NCBI GenBank assembly: GCA_041180065.1
Contig: JBEGSI010000006.1
Span: 25,729-89,728 of the forward strand
Source: Actinomycetota bacterium
GTDB lineage: Bacteria; Actinomycetota; Actinomycetes; Actinomycetales; Microbacteriaceae
DNA length: 64,000 nucleotides
Direction: 5' to 3'
In this document: in pieces, positions 30,601 to 39,042 of the stretch
How positions within the stretch are numbered: the first letter of the stretch is position 1
Layout: the number at the start of each line of letters is the position of its first letter
Position numbers and translations under genes: made by a program
Notes under the pieces: model-generated
The model's input: only the letters and a program-made list of their open reading frames with translations
Told to the model about the DNA's origin: nothing
Databases searched by the model: none

Positions 30601-32208
30601 GTCGGTCTTATTTCACCACCACCACACCACGACATTTACTCGATTGAAGACTTGAAGCAACTCATCTTCGACCTAAAGCGTGCGAACCGTGGGGCGCGCG
30701 TTCACGTGAAGTTGGTAAGCCAGGTCGGAATCGGAACGGTTGCCGCCGGTGTAGCAAAAGCTAAGGCCGACGTCATTCTGGTTTCTGGTCATGACGGTGG
30801 AACCGGCGCATCGCCGCTGAACTCGTTGAAACATGCTGGAACGCCTTGGGAATTGGGTCTTGCTGAAGCACAGCAGACCCTAATCGCCAACAATCTTCGC
30901 GGACGTGTTGCTGTTCAGGTGGACGGACAGATGAAGACCGGCCGCGACGTCGTAATTGCGGCTCTTCTCGGCGCTGAAGAGTTCGGTTTCGCAACCGCAC
31001 CTCTGGTGGTTGAGGGTTGCGTCCTAATGCGAGTTTGTCACCTAGACACCTGCCCAGTAGGTGTTGCGACTCAGAACCCAGTTCTTCGCTCTCGTTTCTC
31101 GGGAAAGCCTGAATTTGTGGTTAACTTCTTCGAGTTCCTCGCCCAGGAAGTACGTGAATACTTAGCATCTCTTGGTTTCCGAAGCATCGCAGAGGCGATC
31201 GGTCACAGTGAGCTTCTAGACATGAATCGAGCCATCTCCCACTGGAAGGCCGATGGTCTCGACCTCAGCCCAATCTTGGCGCCGCCTAGTGCCGGACCAA
31301 ATGCTGAAGTTCGTAACGTGACTAAGCAAGACCACGAACTTGAGAAACACTTCGACCATAAGTTGATTGAGGGTGCAGCACAAACACTTATTGACGGCTC
31401 GCCAGTTCTTCTGGATCTTGCTATTACCAACGTCGACCAGGCAGTTGGAACTATGTTTGGAAACGAACTCACCAAACGCTTTGGCGTTGATGGTCTACCA
31501 GCCGCATCGGTAGACGTAACTCTAACCGGTTCCGCCGGACAGTCGTTTGGTGCTTTCATTCCTCAGGGGTTGAGTCTGAGGCTTCTCGGAGACGCCAACG
31601 ACTATGTCGGCAAGGGGCTTTCTGGTGGAATTATTAGCGTTAGACCTTCTGAGCAGGCAATTTTTCAGGCCGATCAGAACATCATTGCCGGAAACGTTAT
31701 CGGTTACGGCGCCACCAGTGGTGAGCTCTATCTCCGAGGCCTAGTTGGCGAGAGATTCCTAGTTCGTAACTCTGGCGCTAAAGCCGTGGTGGAGGGTGTT
31801 GGCGACCACGCACTCGAGTACATGACCGGGGGTATTGCACTCATCCTTGGTAAGACCGGACGAAACCTTGGCGCAGGTATGTCGGGCGGCGTTGCCTACA
31901 TTTACAAACTTCGAGCCGACCGAATCAACCACGATGCGTTAAGCGCAGGGGAGCTCAATCTCGAGCAACCAGACGCTGCCCACCGTGAAGTGATTAGGGG
32001 TCTCCTTGAGTCACATGTTGCTAGAACTGGATCGATTCTTGGTTCCGACATGCTCAGCAACTTCGAGTCGATCATCGACGACTTCACTGTCGTCACACCA
32101 AGGGACTACGCCAACGTATTGAAGATTCGCGCTAAGGCTGTTTCGAATGGAATCGACCCAGACTCACCAGAGATCTGGGAGCAGATTTTGGAGGTTACCA
32201 ATGGCTGA
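27655..32208 (+). CDS. gltB: glutamate synthase large subunit
   Basis: ATG 27655 with GGAGAG 6 nt upstream. DACGLAMV amidotransferase Cys, an FMN/Fe-S central domain (GGTGASP) and a GXGXG C-terminal domain. Confidence 0.95.
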   Translation: MTKASPFKRFNTAPEAFGLYDPSRDKDACGLAMVATLRGTAGHDIVDTALNALRNLEHRGAVGSDAGTGDGAGILSQLPDRFLRSVASFELPEVGSYGAGLVFVHQDDSIDVFKASFDSLASEEGLSVIGWREVPTNPEVLGDLARAAMPQIFQVFVDGGAKREMDLERALFRLRKRSERSLGAYHCSLSSRTIVYKGMVTTLQLEPFYPDLSDELFESKLALVHSRFSTNTFPSWPLAHPFRLIAHNGEINTVKGNRNWMAARQSQLEAEVLGDLKQLFPVITPDGSDSASFDEVVELLYMSGRSLPHAMMMMIPEAWEKQTDIDKARKNFYEYHSMLIEPWDGPAAVIFTDGDLVGATLDRNGLRPGRYLVTEDGLVVLASETGVAEIDPSKVVRKGRLQPGKMFLVDTVGGRLIDDDEIKSEIAALEPWGEWLEENRINLVDLPEREHIAHTASSVNRRQRTFGYTEEELKIMIAPMAKAGAEPLGAMGSDTPIAAISDRPRLLFDYFVQQFAQVTNPPLDSIREEVVTSLSTGIGPELNLLAATPEHAQQVILDFPVLTNDELAKIKHIDEVPGLGEAFVVRGLYSLASGEEGLASRIREIFDEVDEAIAGGAKYLVLSDRDSNHDLAPIPSLLLTSAVHHHLIRGGNRPRVGLVVEAGDVREVHHVAALIGYGAAAVNPYLAMETAEQMVKSGYIAGLTVEKATYNLLKALGKGVLKIMSKMGISTVSSYAGAQCFEAIGLSQDFIDTYFTGTTSQLGGIGLEVIHQEIASRHRSAYPLEKAANAHEDLPSGGEFQWRRDGAPHLFNPETVFKLQHSTREKRFDVFREYTKLVDDQAEQLMTLRGLFTLRQGVRPEISVDEVEPISEIVKRFSTGAMSYGSISPEAHETLAIAMNQLGAKSNTGEGGEDIERLLDPKRRSAIKQVASGRFGVTSMYLTHAEDIRIKMAQGAKPGEGGQLPPNKVYPWIARTRHATAGVGLISPPPHHDIYSIEDLKQLIFDLKRANRGARVHVKLVSQVGIGTVAAGVAKAKADVILVSGHDGGTGASPLNSLKHAGTPWELGLAEAQQTLIANNLRGRVAVQVDGQMKTGRDVVIAALLGAEEFGFATAPLVVEGCVLMRVCHLDTCPVGVATQNPVLRSRFSGKPEFVVNFFEFLAQEVREYLASLGFRSIAEAIGHSELLDMNRAISHWKADGLDLSPILAPPSAGPNAEVRNVTKQDHELEKHFDHKLIEGAAQTLIDGSPVLLDLAITNVDQAVGTMFGNELTKRFGVDGLPAASVDVTLTGSAGQSFGAFIPQGLSLRLLGDANDYVGKGLSGGIISVRPSEQAIFQADQNIIAGNVIGYGATSGELYLRGLVGERFLVRNSGAKAVVEGVGDHALEYMTGGIALILGKTGRNLGAGMSGGVAYIYKLRADRINHDALSAGELNLEQPDAAHREVIRGLLESHVARTGSILGSDMLSNFESIIDDFTVVTPRDYANVLKIRAKAVSNGIDPDSPEIWEQILEVTNG

Positions 32209-33655
32209 TCCTAAAGGCTTTCTGAAAATCACCGAGCGTGAGACTGCTAAACGTAGACCTGTTGACATTCGCATTCGCGACTGGAAAGAGGTTTACGAGC
32301 CTCGCGACCCTGGAGTGGTCGCTAATCAGGCATCTCGTTGCATGGACTGTGGAGTTCCGTTTTGTCACCAGGGGTGTCCGCTCGGAAACCTTATTCCGGA
32401 GTGGAATGACTTGGTCTGGCGTGAAGACCACCAAGCCGCCATCGACCGTTTGCACAAGACCAATAACTTCCCTGAGTTCACCGGGAGGCTTTGCCCTGCT
32501 CCATGTGAGAGCAGTTGTGTTCTAGGTATCAACCAACCTGCCGTAACCATTAAGGAAATTGAGGTTTCGATTGTTGAAACCGCTTTTGAACAAAATCTCA
32601 TTCAGCCCCACGCTCCTGAGCGCCTAACCGGGAAAACCGTTGCGGTGGTTGGTTCAGGTCCGGCAGGTCTGGCAGCGGCTCAACAGCTCACACGTGCCGG
32701 TCACACCGTAGCCGTGTTCGAGAGAGACACCAAAATCGGTGGTCTGCTGCGTTATGGCATTCCAGACTTCAAGATGGAGAAGCGCTTTATTGATCGCCGC
32801 ATCCAGCAAATGGAAGCCGAAGGAACTCGCTTCCGTACCGGTCAAAACATCGGGGTTGACATCACCTGGGAAGAGTTGCGTGCTAGATACGACGCAGTAC
32901 TAATCGCAACCGGTGCATCACTGCCTCGTGACCTGGAAATTCCTGGTCGAAAGCTTGATGGCATCGAATTCGCCATGACTTACCTAACGCAGGGCAACAA
33001 GGCTGTAGAAGGCATCGAGCAGACCAACCAGATAAATGCAGAGGGAAAGCACGTCGTCATTCTCGGTGGCGGCGACACCGGTGCAGACTGTCTGGGAACT
33101 GCAACCAGGCAGGGAGCGCTCTCGGTAACTACTCTGGCCATCGGAAAACAACCTCCAAGTGAGCGCACACCAGGACAACCTTGGCCAACCTTTCCAAATC
33201 TCTTTGAGGTTGCGAGTGCTCACGAAGAATTTGGAGAGCGAACTTATCTCGCCTCTACAGTTGAGTTCATTGGTGAAGACGGCAAAGTTACGGGTGTAAA
33301 GGTCGCCGAAACCGAATTCGTTAACGGAAAGCGCCTTCCTAAATCAGGAACAGATCGAGTTATTCCGGCCGATTTGGTACTTCTAGCACTTGGATTCACG
33401 GGACCTGAACAGAACGAACTCGTAGGTCAGAGTGAAGTTGAATTTGATTCTCGAGGTAACGTCGCAAGAAACCGACAATGGGCTACTAATCTTGAGGATG
33501 TATTTGTCGCCGGTGACGCTGGACGTGGACAGAGCCTAATCGTTTGGGCTATCGCTGAAGGTAGAGCAGCCGCTGCAGCAATTGATGAATGGCTCACTGG
33601 TGAGACCGTTCTTCCAAGACCGGTGAAGACTACCGATCGCCCAATTTCGATTTAA
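32201..33655 (+). CDS. gltD: glutamate synthase small (NADPH) subunit
   Basis: ATG 32201 with GGAGG 6 nt upstream gives MADPKGFLK. Fe-S cysteines CMDCGVPFC and GSGPAGLAAAQQL. 8-nt overlap with gltB. Confidence 0.94.
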   Translation: MADPKGFLKITERETAKRRPVDIRIRDWKEVYEPRDPGVVANQASRCMDCGVPFCHQGCPLGNLIPEWNDLVWREDHQAAIDRLHKTNNFPEFTGRLCPAPCESSCVLGINQPAVTIKEIEVSIVETAFEQNLIQPHAPERLTGKTVAVVGSGPAGLAAAQQLTRAGHTVAVFERDTKIGGLLRYGIPDFKMEKRFIDRRIQQMEAEGTRFRTGQNIGVDITWEELRARYDAVLIATGASLPRDLEIPGRKLDGIEFAMTYLTQGNKAVEGIEQTNQINAEGKHVVILGGGDTGADCLGTATRQGALSVTTLAIGKQPPSERTPGQPWPTFPNLFEVASAHEEFGERTYLASTVEFIGEDGKVTGVKVAETEFVNGKRLPKSGTDRVIPADLVLLALGFTGPEQNELVGQSEVEFDSRGNVARNRQWATNLEDVFVAGDAGRGQSLIVWAIAEGRAAAAAIDEWLTGETVLPRPVKTTDRPISI

Positions 33656-33680
33656 CAAAAAGATAAGTAAAGAGGAAAAA

Positions 33681-35102
33681 ATGAGACGCGCAAAAATCGT
33701 CGCAACCCTAGGTCCTGCAACTTCAAGCTATGAACAGATCAAGGGAATCGTAGATGCGGGCGTAAACGTCGCACGTATGAACCTGAGTCACGGTTCCTAC
33801 GAAGTTCACGAAGCCGTTTACCGCAATGTTCGTCAGGTCGCTGCAGATACCGGCAAAGCAATTGCAGTCCTCGTTGACCTTCAGGGTCCAAAGATTCGTC
33901 TAGCACGCTTCAAAGACGGACCAGTCATGCTGGAAAAGGGTGCGACCTTCAAGATCACTATTGACGACGTAGAGGGTGATGTCAACATCTGTGGAACGAC
34001 CTTCAAGGGTCTACCAGGCGACGTAAACGTTGGTGACGCACTTCTTATCGATGACGGCAAGGTTGGCCTGCGTGCGACTCACGTCGACGAGCGCACCGTT
34101 ACCACTGTCGTAGAAGTTGCTGGTCCGGTCTCAAACAACAAAGGAATCAACCTTCCTGGTGTTGCGGTGAACGTTCCAGCCCTTTCTGAGAAGGATGAGG
34201 CCGACCTGCGTTGGGCTCTGAAGCTTGGCGCCGACATGATCGCGCTTTCATTCGTCAGAAACGCTGAAGACATTGTTCGCGTGCATGAAATCATGCGCGA
34301 AGAGGGGATTCACATCCCAACCATCGCAAAGGTTGAGAAACCACAGGCTGTTGAAGCACTTGAAGAAATCATCGACGCCTTTGATGGCGTAATGGTTGCT
34401 CGTGGAGACTTGGGTGTAGAACTTCCACTTGAGCAGGTTCCTCTTGTTCAAAAGCGAGCTGTCGAGCTATGCCGCCGCTGGGCCAAGCCGGTTATTGTGG
34501 CAACTCAGATGCTTGAATCCATGATCACTGCATCGCGACCTACCCGCGCTGAAGCCAGTGACGTTGCCAACGCCGTTCTTGATGGTGCTGATGCGCTGAT
34601 GCTTTCTGGTGAAACTAGCGTCGGAGAATTCCCTGTAGAAACCGTTGCCACCATGGCCAAGATCATCGAGGCAACCGAAGAGAATGCTCTCGATCGAATC
34701 GCTCCTCTAGGTACACGTCCGCACACCCACTCGGGTGCGGTTTCTCTTGCCGCAGTTGAGATCGCTGAACTTCTAGCGCTGAAGTTTGTCTGCGTGTTCA
34801 CTGAATCTGGCGACTCTGTTCGTCGCGTTTCCCGACTACGCAGTAACGTACCGATCTTGGCATTCACTCCAAACGAAAAGATTCGTAACCGCCTAGCTTT
34901 AGTTTGGGGAGCCGAGACTTACTTGGTTGACCCAGTAAAGCACACTGACCAGATGATCAAGCAGGTTGAAGAAGTCGTCGTTGGCTCTGGTAAGGGCAAG
35001 GATGGTGACGAACTTGTAGTCGTGGCTGGAACTCCACCGGGCGTATCAGGTTCAACGAACTCTCTTCGAGTTCACCGAATTGGTGACCCAACCCACAACT
35101 AA
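33681..35102 (+). CDS. pyk: pyruvate kinase
   Basis: 473 aa. MRRAKIVATLGPAT, NLSHGS and MVARGDLGVE motifs. Confidence 0.95.
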   Translation: MRRAKIVATLGPATSSYEQIKGIVDAGVNVARMNLSHGSYEVHEAVYRNVRQVAADTGKAIAVLVDLQGPKIRLARFKDGPVMLEKGATFKITIDDVEGDVNICGTTFKGLPGDVNVGDALLIDDGKVGLRATHVDERTVTTVVEVAGPVSNNKGINLPGVAVNVPALSEKDEADLRWALKLGADMIALSFVRNAEDIVRVHEIMREEGIHIPTIAKVEKPQAVEALEEIIDAFDGVMVARGDLGVELPLEQVPLVQKRAVELCRRWAKPVIVATQMLESMITASRPTRAEASDVANAVLDGADALMLSGETSVGEFPVETVATMAKIIEATEENALDRIAPLGTRPHTHSGAVSLAAVEIAELLALKFVCVFTESGDSVRRVSRLRSNVPILAFTPNEKIRNRLALVWGAETYLVDPVKHTDQMIKQVEEVVVGSGKGKDGDELVVVAGTPPGVSGSTNSLRVHRIGDPTHN

Positions 35103-35110
35103 TTGAAAAA

Positions 35111-35140
35111 GGACGGACCGAGAGGTCCGTCCTTTTTTTT
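35111..35140. terminator. bidirectional intrinsic terminator shared by pyk (+) and tRNA-Leu (-)
   Basis: GGACGGACC-gaga-GGTCCGTCC is a 9-bp perfect stem. It is flanked by AAAAA (35106-35110) and TTTTTTTT (35133-35140). Confidence 0.8.
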
Positions 35141-35141
35141 G

Positions 35142-35222
35142 TGCCGAGAGTGGGACTTGAACCCACACGTCTTTCGACAAAGCATTTTGAGTGCTCCGCG
35201 TCTGCCATTTCGCCATCCCGGC
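35142..35222 (-). tRNA. tRNA-Leu (anticodon CAA)
   Basis: Reverse complement GCCGGGATGGCGAAATGGCAGACGCGGAGCACTCAAAATGCTTTGTCGAAAGACGTGTGGGTTCAAGTCCCACTCTCGGCA. 7-bp acceptor stem, CTCAAAA anticodon loop, long variable arm and GGTTCAAGTCC T-arm. CCA is not encoded. Confidence 0.9.
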
Positions 35223-35274
35223 CAACACAACTTTTCAATGATACAACAACTGGCATTGGACTATCCTTGAACGC

Positions 35275-35859
35275 ATGAACGACACAACAGCACGCAGGGT
35301 CTTGGTGGCCGAAGACGAATCTTTGATTCGCATGGACATTGTTGAGACACTTCGTGAACATGGGTTCGATGTCGTTGGTGAGGCGGGGGATGGCCTAGAG
35401 GCTCTGGAGTTAGCTAAGACGCTCAATCCAGACTTGGTGGTAATGGACATCAAGATGCCGAATATGGATGGCATTACCGCGGCCAAGGCGTTGGGCGAGC
35501 TGAAAATACCGGTAGTTCTACTTACCGCTTTCGCACAACGAGAGCTTTTCGAGCAGGCTGCCGAGGCTGGAGCTATGGCCTACGTGGTTAAGCCTTTCAA
35601 TCCAAACGACTTACTTCCGGCAGTGGAGATCGCTCTGCATCGCCACAGCGAGTTGAAGGCATTCGAATTGGAGATCTCTGACCTAAACGAGCGATTGGAA
35701 ACAAGGAAACTTGTTGAGCGAGCCAAAGGGCTCTTGATGTCGAAGAAACTTGTTCCAGACGAGCCTGAGGCATTCCGTTGGATTCAAAAAGCGTCGATGG
35801 ATCGACGTCTGACTATGCGTGATGTGGCAAAAACCATCATCGAGCAGTTGTCTGCCTAG
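35275..35859 (+). CDS. pdtaR: response regulator with ANTAR RNA-binding output domain (PdtaR-like)
   Basis: 194 aa. Receiver domain (VLVAEDE, LVVMDIKMP, VVKPF) followed by a coiled-coil/ANTAR domain (RKLVERAKGLLM...FRWIQKASMDRR). No adjacent kinase. Confidence 0.85.
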   Translation: MNDTTARRVLVAEDESLIRMDIVETLREHGFDVVGEAGDGLEALELAKTLNPDLVVMDIKMPNMDGITAAKALGELKIPVVLLTAFAQRELFEQAAEAGAMAYVVKPFNPNDLLPAVEIALHRHSELKAFELEISDLNERLETRKLVERAKGLLMSKKLVPDEPEAFRWIQKASMDRRLTMRDVAKTIIEQLSA

Positions 35860-36290
35860 CTGCGCTTTTCTCTTACGAGGTTAGTAATTCTGACTGTGCT
35901 CAAACGATTCCCAGAATCGTCGTAGCAAACAATTTCATGAACGGTAAGCGTTTTACCCAGAGAGATTGCAGTGCAAACGGCGGTAACTAGACCCGACTTG
36001 CAAGACTTAGTGTGGGAGGCGCTGATTTCGATGCCTACGGCAACCTTGTCAAGGGTGTTAGCCCATACATTTGCTGAAATACTTCCCAGGGTCTCGCCTA
36101 GGACTAAATAGGCGCCTCCATTAACGAGACCGAGCGGTTGGCGATTACCTTCCGCTGGCATGGTTGCAACCGAACGCTCGGCACTTAGTTCTGTGAGTTC
36201 GATTCCCATGCGAGAGGCCAATTCGCCCAGACCGCGAGTTTCCATGAGCCTCGCCGCCGCTTCGGATAGCTTGATTTCCGTCAACTTCAA
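35856..36290 (-). CDS. PaaI-family hotdog-fold thioesterase
   Basis: 144 aa. TTG start with GAAAGG upstream. GLVNGGAYLVLGETLGS core resembles the PaaI/YbdB family. Substrate unknown. Confidence 0.72.
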   Translation of the reverse strand: MKLTEIKLSEAAARLMETRGLGELASRMGIELTELSAERSVATMPAEGNRQPLGLVNGGAYLVLGETLGSISANVWANTLDKVAVGIEISASHTKSCKSGLVTAVCTAISLGKTLTVHEIVCYDDSGNRLSTVRITNLVREKRS

Positions 36291-36311
36291 TTACCTTTCA
36301 GTGCAGGGAAG

Positions 36312-36317
36312 TAGGCT
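36312..36317 (+). promoter_or_regulatory. TAGGCT hexamer 6 nt upstream of polA ATG (candidate -10 of a leaderless transcript)
   Basis: TAGGCTtacttcATG inside a 33-bp divergent intergenic region. No SD at a usable distance. Confidence 0.4.
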
Positions 36318-36323
36318 TACTTC

Positions 36324-38921
36324 ATGACCGATAGTCCAAAGCCTACCCTGCTCCTGATTGATGGGCATTCATTGGCCTTCAGGGCTTTCTACGCACTAAG
36401 TCCAGACAGTTTCCGAGCACCATCCGGTCAGCACACTAACGCGGTGCACGGCTTCATTTCGATGTTGCTCAACATCCTCAACGCCGAAAAGCCGACCCAC
36501 ATCGCCGTGGCTTTTGATTTGTCCCGCGAATCATTCAGAACGGTTGAATACCCGGCTTATAAGGGGACACGCGGCGAGACCCCGCCTGAGTTCAACGGAC
36601 AAACAGAGCTGTTGCACGAGTCTCTGGCTGCAATGAACATCAGAACGTTTACACGTGAGAACTATGAGGCAGACGACGTTCTCGCTTCGTTCTCAGACCA
36701 AGCGGCAGACGCTGGTTTCCGAGTTCTTTTGGTGTCTGGTGATAGAGACACCTTTCAGCTAATTCGAGAAGACACCACGATCCTTTATCCGGTCAAGGGC
36801 GTCTTGAATTTGGCTCGAATGGACGACGCTGCGGTTTTTGCCAAGTATGGAATTCACGCAAAGCAGTATCCAGACTTAGCGGCGTTGGTTGGGGAGAGCA
36901 GCGACAACCTTATTGGTGTTCCTTCGGTCGGCCCCAAAACTGCGGCTAAGTGGATTACCGAATACGGTTCTCTCGATGGCATTCTCGCGAATGCGGAACT
37001 CATCGGCGGAAAAGTCGGCGAACAACTGCGAGAGCATAAAGAAAACGCGGTGAGAAACCGCAGACTAAACCACTTGGTAAGAGACCTCGATCTAGGCGTC
37101 GAATTCGAAGAACTTCGCCTCACCGGCGTAAACCAAGACAAGGTTAAGGAAGTTTTCTCAAGACTTGGTTTCAAATCACTCACCGAACGAGTTCTAAAAC
37201 TTAAGGGCGCTTCGGAGCCAGACGAATCAACTTCAATAGAGGCAGAAGATTCCGTTTTTGATGAAATCGTCGTACCTGAAGTTAGGCCACTCTCTAGTGA
37301 AGAGCTTCTAACCTGGTTGTCTGAGACCGATGGCAGAAAGTGGTTTGGTTATCAGGACGGCTGCTTCGCGGTTACCGATGGGCAAGAGATTGTGTCTTCA
37401 GAGAGCCTTCCAGTTGAATGGCTTTCCCAAGATTTACCAAAGAGTGTCTTCGACCTAAAAAGCTTTGACCTCGTAGCCCTTGATAAGGGATTCCAAACTG
37501 GTGGGGTTTTTAGTGACCCTCTTTTGAGTTGCTACCTGATCGACCCAGTCAGGCGCGACTACTCCATCCTCGGCTTAGCCTCTGAGATTTTAGGTTTCCA
37601 AAAAGGTGAAGCAAAAGAGCCAACGCTTTCAGAACGCGTCTGGCTTACCCACCTTTTGGATCTGAATCTAGCTCCAAGAATTATCGCTACCGAGCAAGCA
37701 CCCGTGCTCGAGGGAATCGAGTTACCAGCATCTGAAGTTTTGGCTCGGATGGAGCATCGGGGTATCGAAGTAGACGGGAAGCAGCTGGAGCGACTTTCAT
37801 TGGAGCTGGGTGAGAGAGTAAGTGTTGTTCAAGGCGAAGCCTTTTCGATTATCGGTAAGGAAATCAATCTCAACTCGCCAAAGCAACTTCAAACTGTGTT
37901 GTTTGAAGATTTGGGAATGAGCGGAACCAAAAGTGTAAAGACCGGGTTCTCCACCAACGCTGAAGCGCTGAATACGCTGTTCGAGCAGACCGGACACCCT
38001 TTCTTAGAAAAGCTACTTGAACATCGAGAAGTCACCAAAATGAGGCAGATGGTTGAAATTATCCTTCGCGGAATTGGTGAAGACGGTCGAGTTCACACCA
38101 GTTACGTACAAACAGGAACTTCTACCGGGCGCCTGTCTTCGGAAAACCCAAACCTGCAAAACATTCCAATCAAGAGTGACATCGGTAAGACAATCCGCGA
38201 CTGTTTCCAGGTGTCGGCTGGTTATGAAACCCTTTTGACCGCAGACTACTCACAAATTGAGATGCGGATCATGGCACATCTTTCGGGCGACGAAGGGCTA
38301 ATCCAAGCTTTCAATCGCGGAGAAGACCTTCATAAATTCGTGGGCGCCAGAGTGTTTGGTGTCGAACCAGGCGAAGTGACTCCGGCGATGCGATCTAAAG
38401 TGAAGGCGATGAGCTATGGATTGGTATACGGGCTGAGCGAATATGGGCTAGCCAAGCAACTTAAAATCAGCAACGGCGAAGCCAAACAACTAATGACCGA
38501 TTACTTCGATCGGTTCGGGGGAGTTCGAACGTATCTCGCCTCTGTCGTAGATGGCGCAAAGCTAAATGGCTTCACAGTGACCACTTTTGGAAGACGTCGG
38601 CCGTTCGACGATCTGAAGTCGCCAATTTTTCAAATTCGCGAGAATGCTAGACGCGCAGCACTTAATGCACCGATCCAAGGAACTGCTGCAGACATTATGA
38701 AGTTAGCGATGATTAACATCGATCGCGAAATGGCTACCAAGGGTCTGAGGAGTCAAATGTTGCTTCAGGTTCACGATGAACTAGTGTTCGAAGTTGCATC
38801 TGGCGAACTTGAAGTGCTTCGAGAGCTCGTTGTTGGCGCCATGGAGTCTGTTGTAAAGCTGAGCGTTCCTTTGGATGTACACGTTGGCGTTGGCAAAACT
38901 TGGGAAACCGCCGGTCACTAG
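36324..38921 (+). CDS. polA: DNA polymerase I
   Basis: 865 aa. 5'-nuclease N-terminus (LLLIDGHSLAFRAFYA) and polymerase motifs DYSQIEMRIMAH and QVHDELVFE. Confidence 0.95.
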   Translation: MTDSPKPTLLLIDGHSLAFRAFYALSPDSFRAPSGQHTNAVHGFISMLLNILNAEKPTHIAVAFDLSRESFRTVEYPAYKGTRGETPPEFNGQTELLHESLAAMNIRTFTRENYEADDVLASFSDQAADAGFRVLLVSGDRDTFQLIREDTTILYPVKGVLNLARMDDAAVFAKYGIHAKQYPDLAALVGESSDNLIGVPSVGPKTAAKWITEYGSLDGILANAELIGGKVGEQLREHKENAVRNRRLNHLVRDLDLGVEFEELRLTGVNQDKVKEVFSRLGFKSLTERVLKLKGASEPDESTSIEAEDSVFDEIVVPEVRPLSSEELLTWLSETDGRKWFGYQDGCFAVTDGQEIVSSESLPVEWLSQDLPKSVFDLKSFDLVALDKGFQTGGVFSDPLLSCYLIDPVRRDYSILGLASEILGFQKGEAKEPTLSERVWLTHLLDLNLAPRIIATEQAPVLEGIELPASEVLARMEHRGIEVDGKQLERLSLELGERVSVVQGEAFSIIGKEINLNSPKQLQTVLFEDLGMSGTKSVKTGFSTNAEALNTLFEQTGHPFLEKLLEHREVTKMRQMVEIILRGIGEDGRVHTSYVQTGTSTGRLSSENPNLQNIPIKSDIGKTIRDCFQVSAGYETLLTADYSQIEMRIMAHLSGDEGLIQAFNRGEDLHKFVGARVFGVEPGEVTPAMRSKVKAMSYGLVYGLSEYGLAKQLKISNGEAKQLMTDYFDRFGGVRTYLASVVDGAKLNGFTVTTFGRRRPFDDLKSPIFQIRENARRAALNAPIQGTAADIMKLAMINIDREMATKGLRSQMLLQVHDELVFEVASGELEVLRELVVGAMESVVKLSVPLDVHVGVGKTWETAGH

Positions 38922-38936
38922 AGGTTGTTTAGACGT

Positions 38937-38973
38937 CAGATAGGCGATAGGCTTATCTGGTGCCATTTGGCAC
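38937..38973 (+). terminator. two tandem hairpins after polA (possible U-tract-less terminator or rpsA leader element)
   Basis: CAGATAGGC-gatag-GCTTATCTG is a 9-bp stem with one G-U pair. It is immediately followed by the perfect palindrome GTGCCAttTGGCAC (38960-38973). No T-run follows. Confidence 0.3.
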
Positions 38974-39042
38974 AAAATCCGTATCCAACGTTTGGGCAGA
39001 TTTCTGTTCAAACCCGAGCATGTCCGTTGAGTAAAACAAAAT

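Noticed and set aside
35142-35222. tRNA-Leu as a possible integration site for a genomic island.
   Set aside because: It is flanked immediately by pyk with a shared terminator and by the ANTAR regulator. I noticed no integrase, no partial tRNA direct repeat and no foreign-looking genes.
38937-38973. The tandem hairpins after polA as an ANTAR dual-hairpin target for the nearby regulator.
   Set aside because: ANTAR targets have two hexaloops with conserved A1 and G4. These loops are 5 nt and 2-4 nt and do not fit.
39020-39034. 4-codon uORF (ATG TCC GTT GAG TAA) ending 8 nt upstream of the rpsA ATG.
   Set aside because: It is too short, has no SD, and I cannot assess conservation. It is easily a chance ATG.
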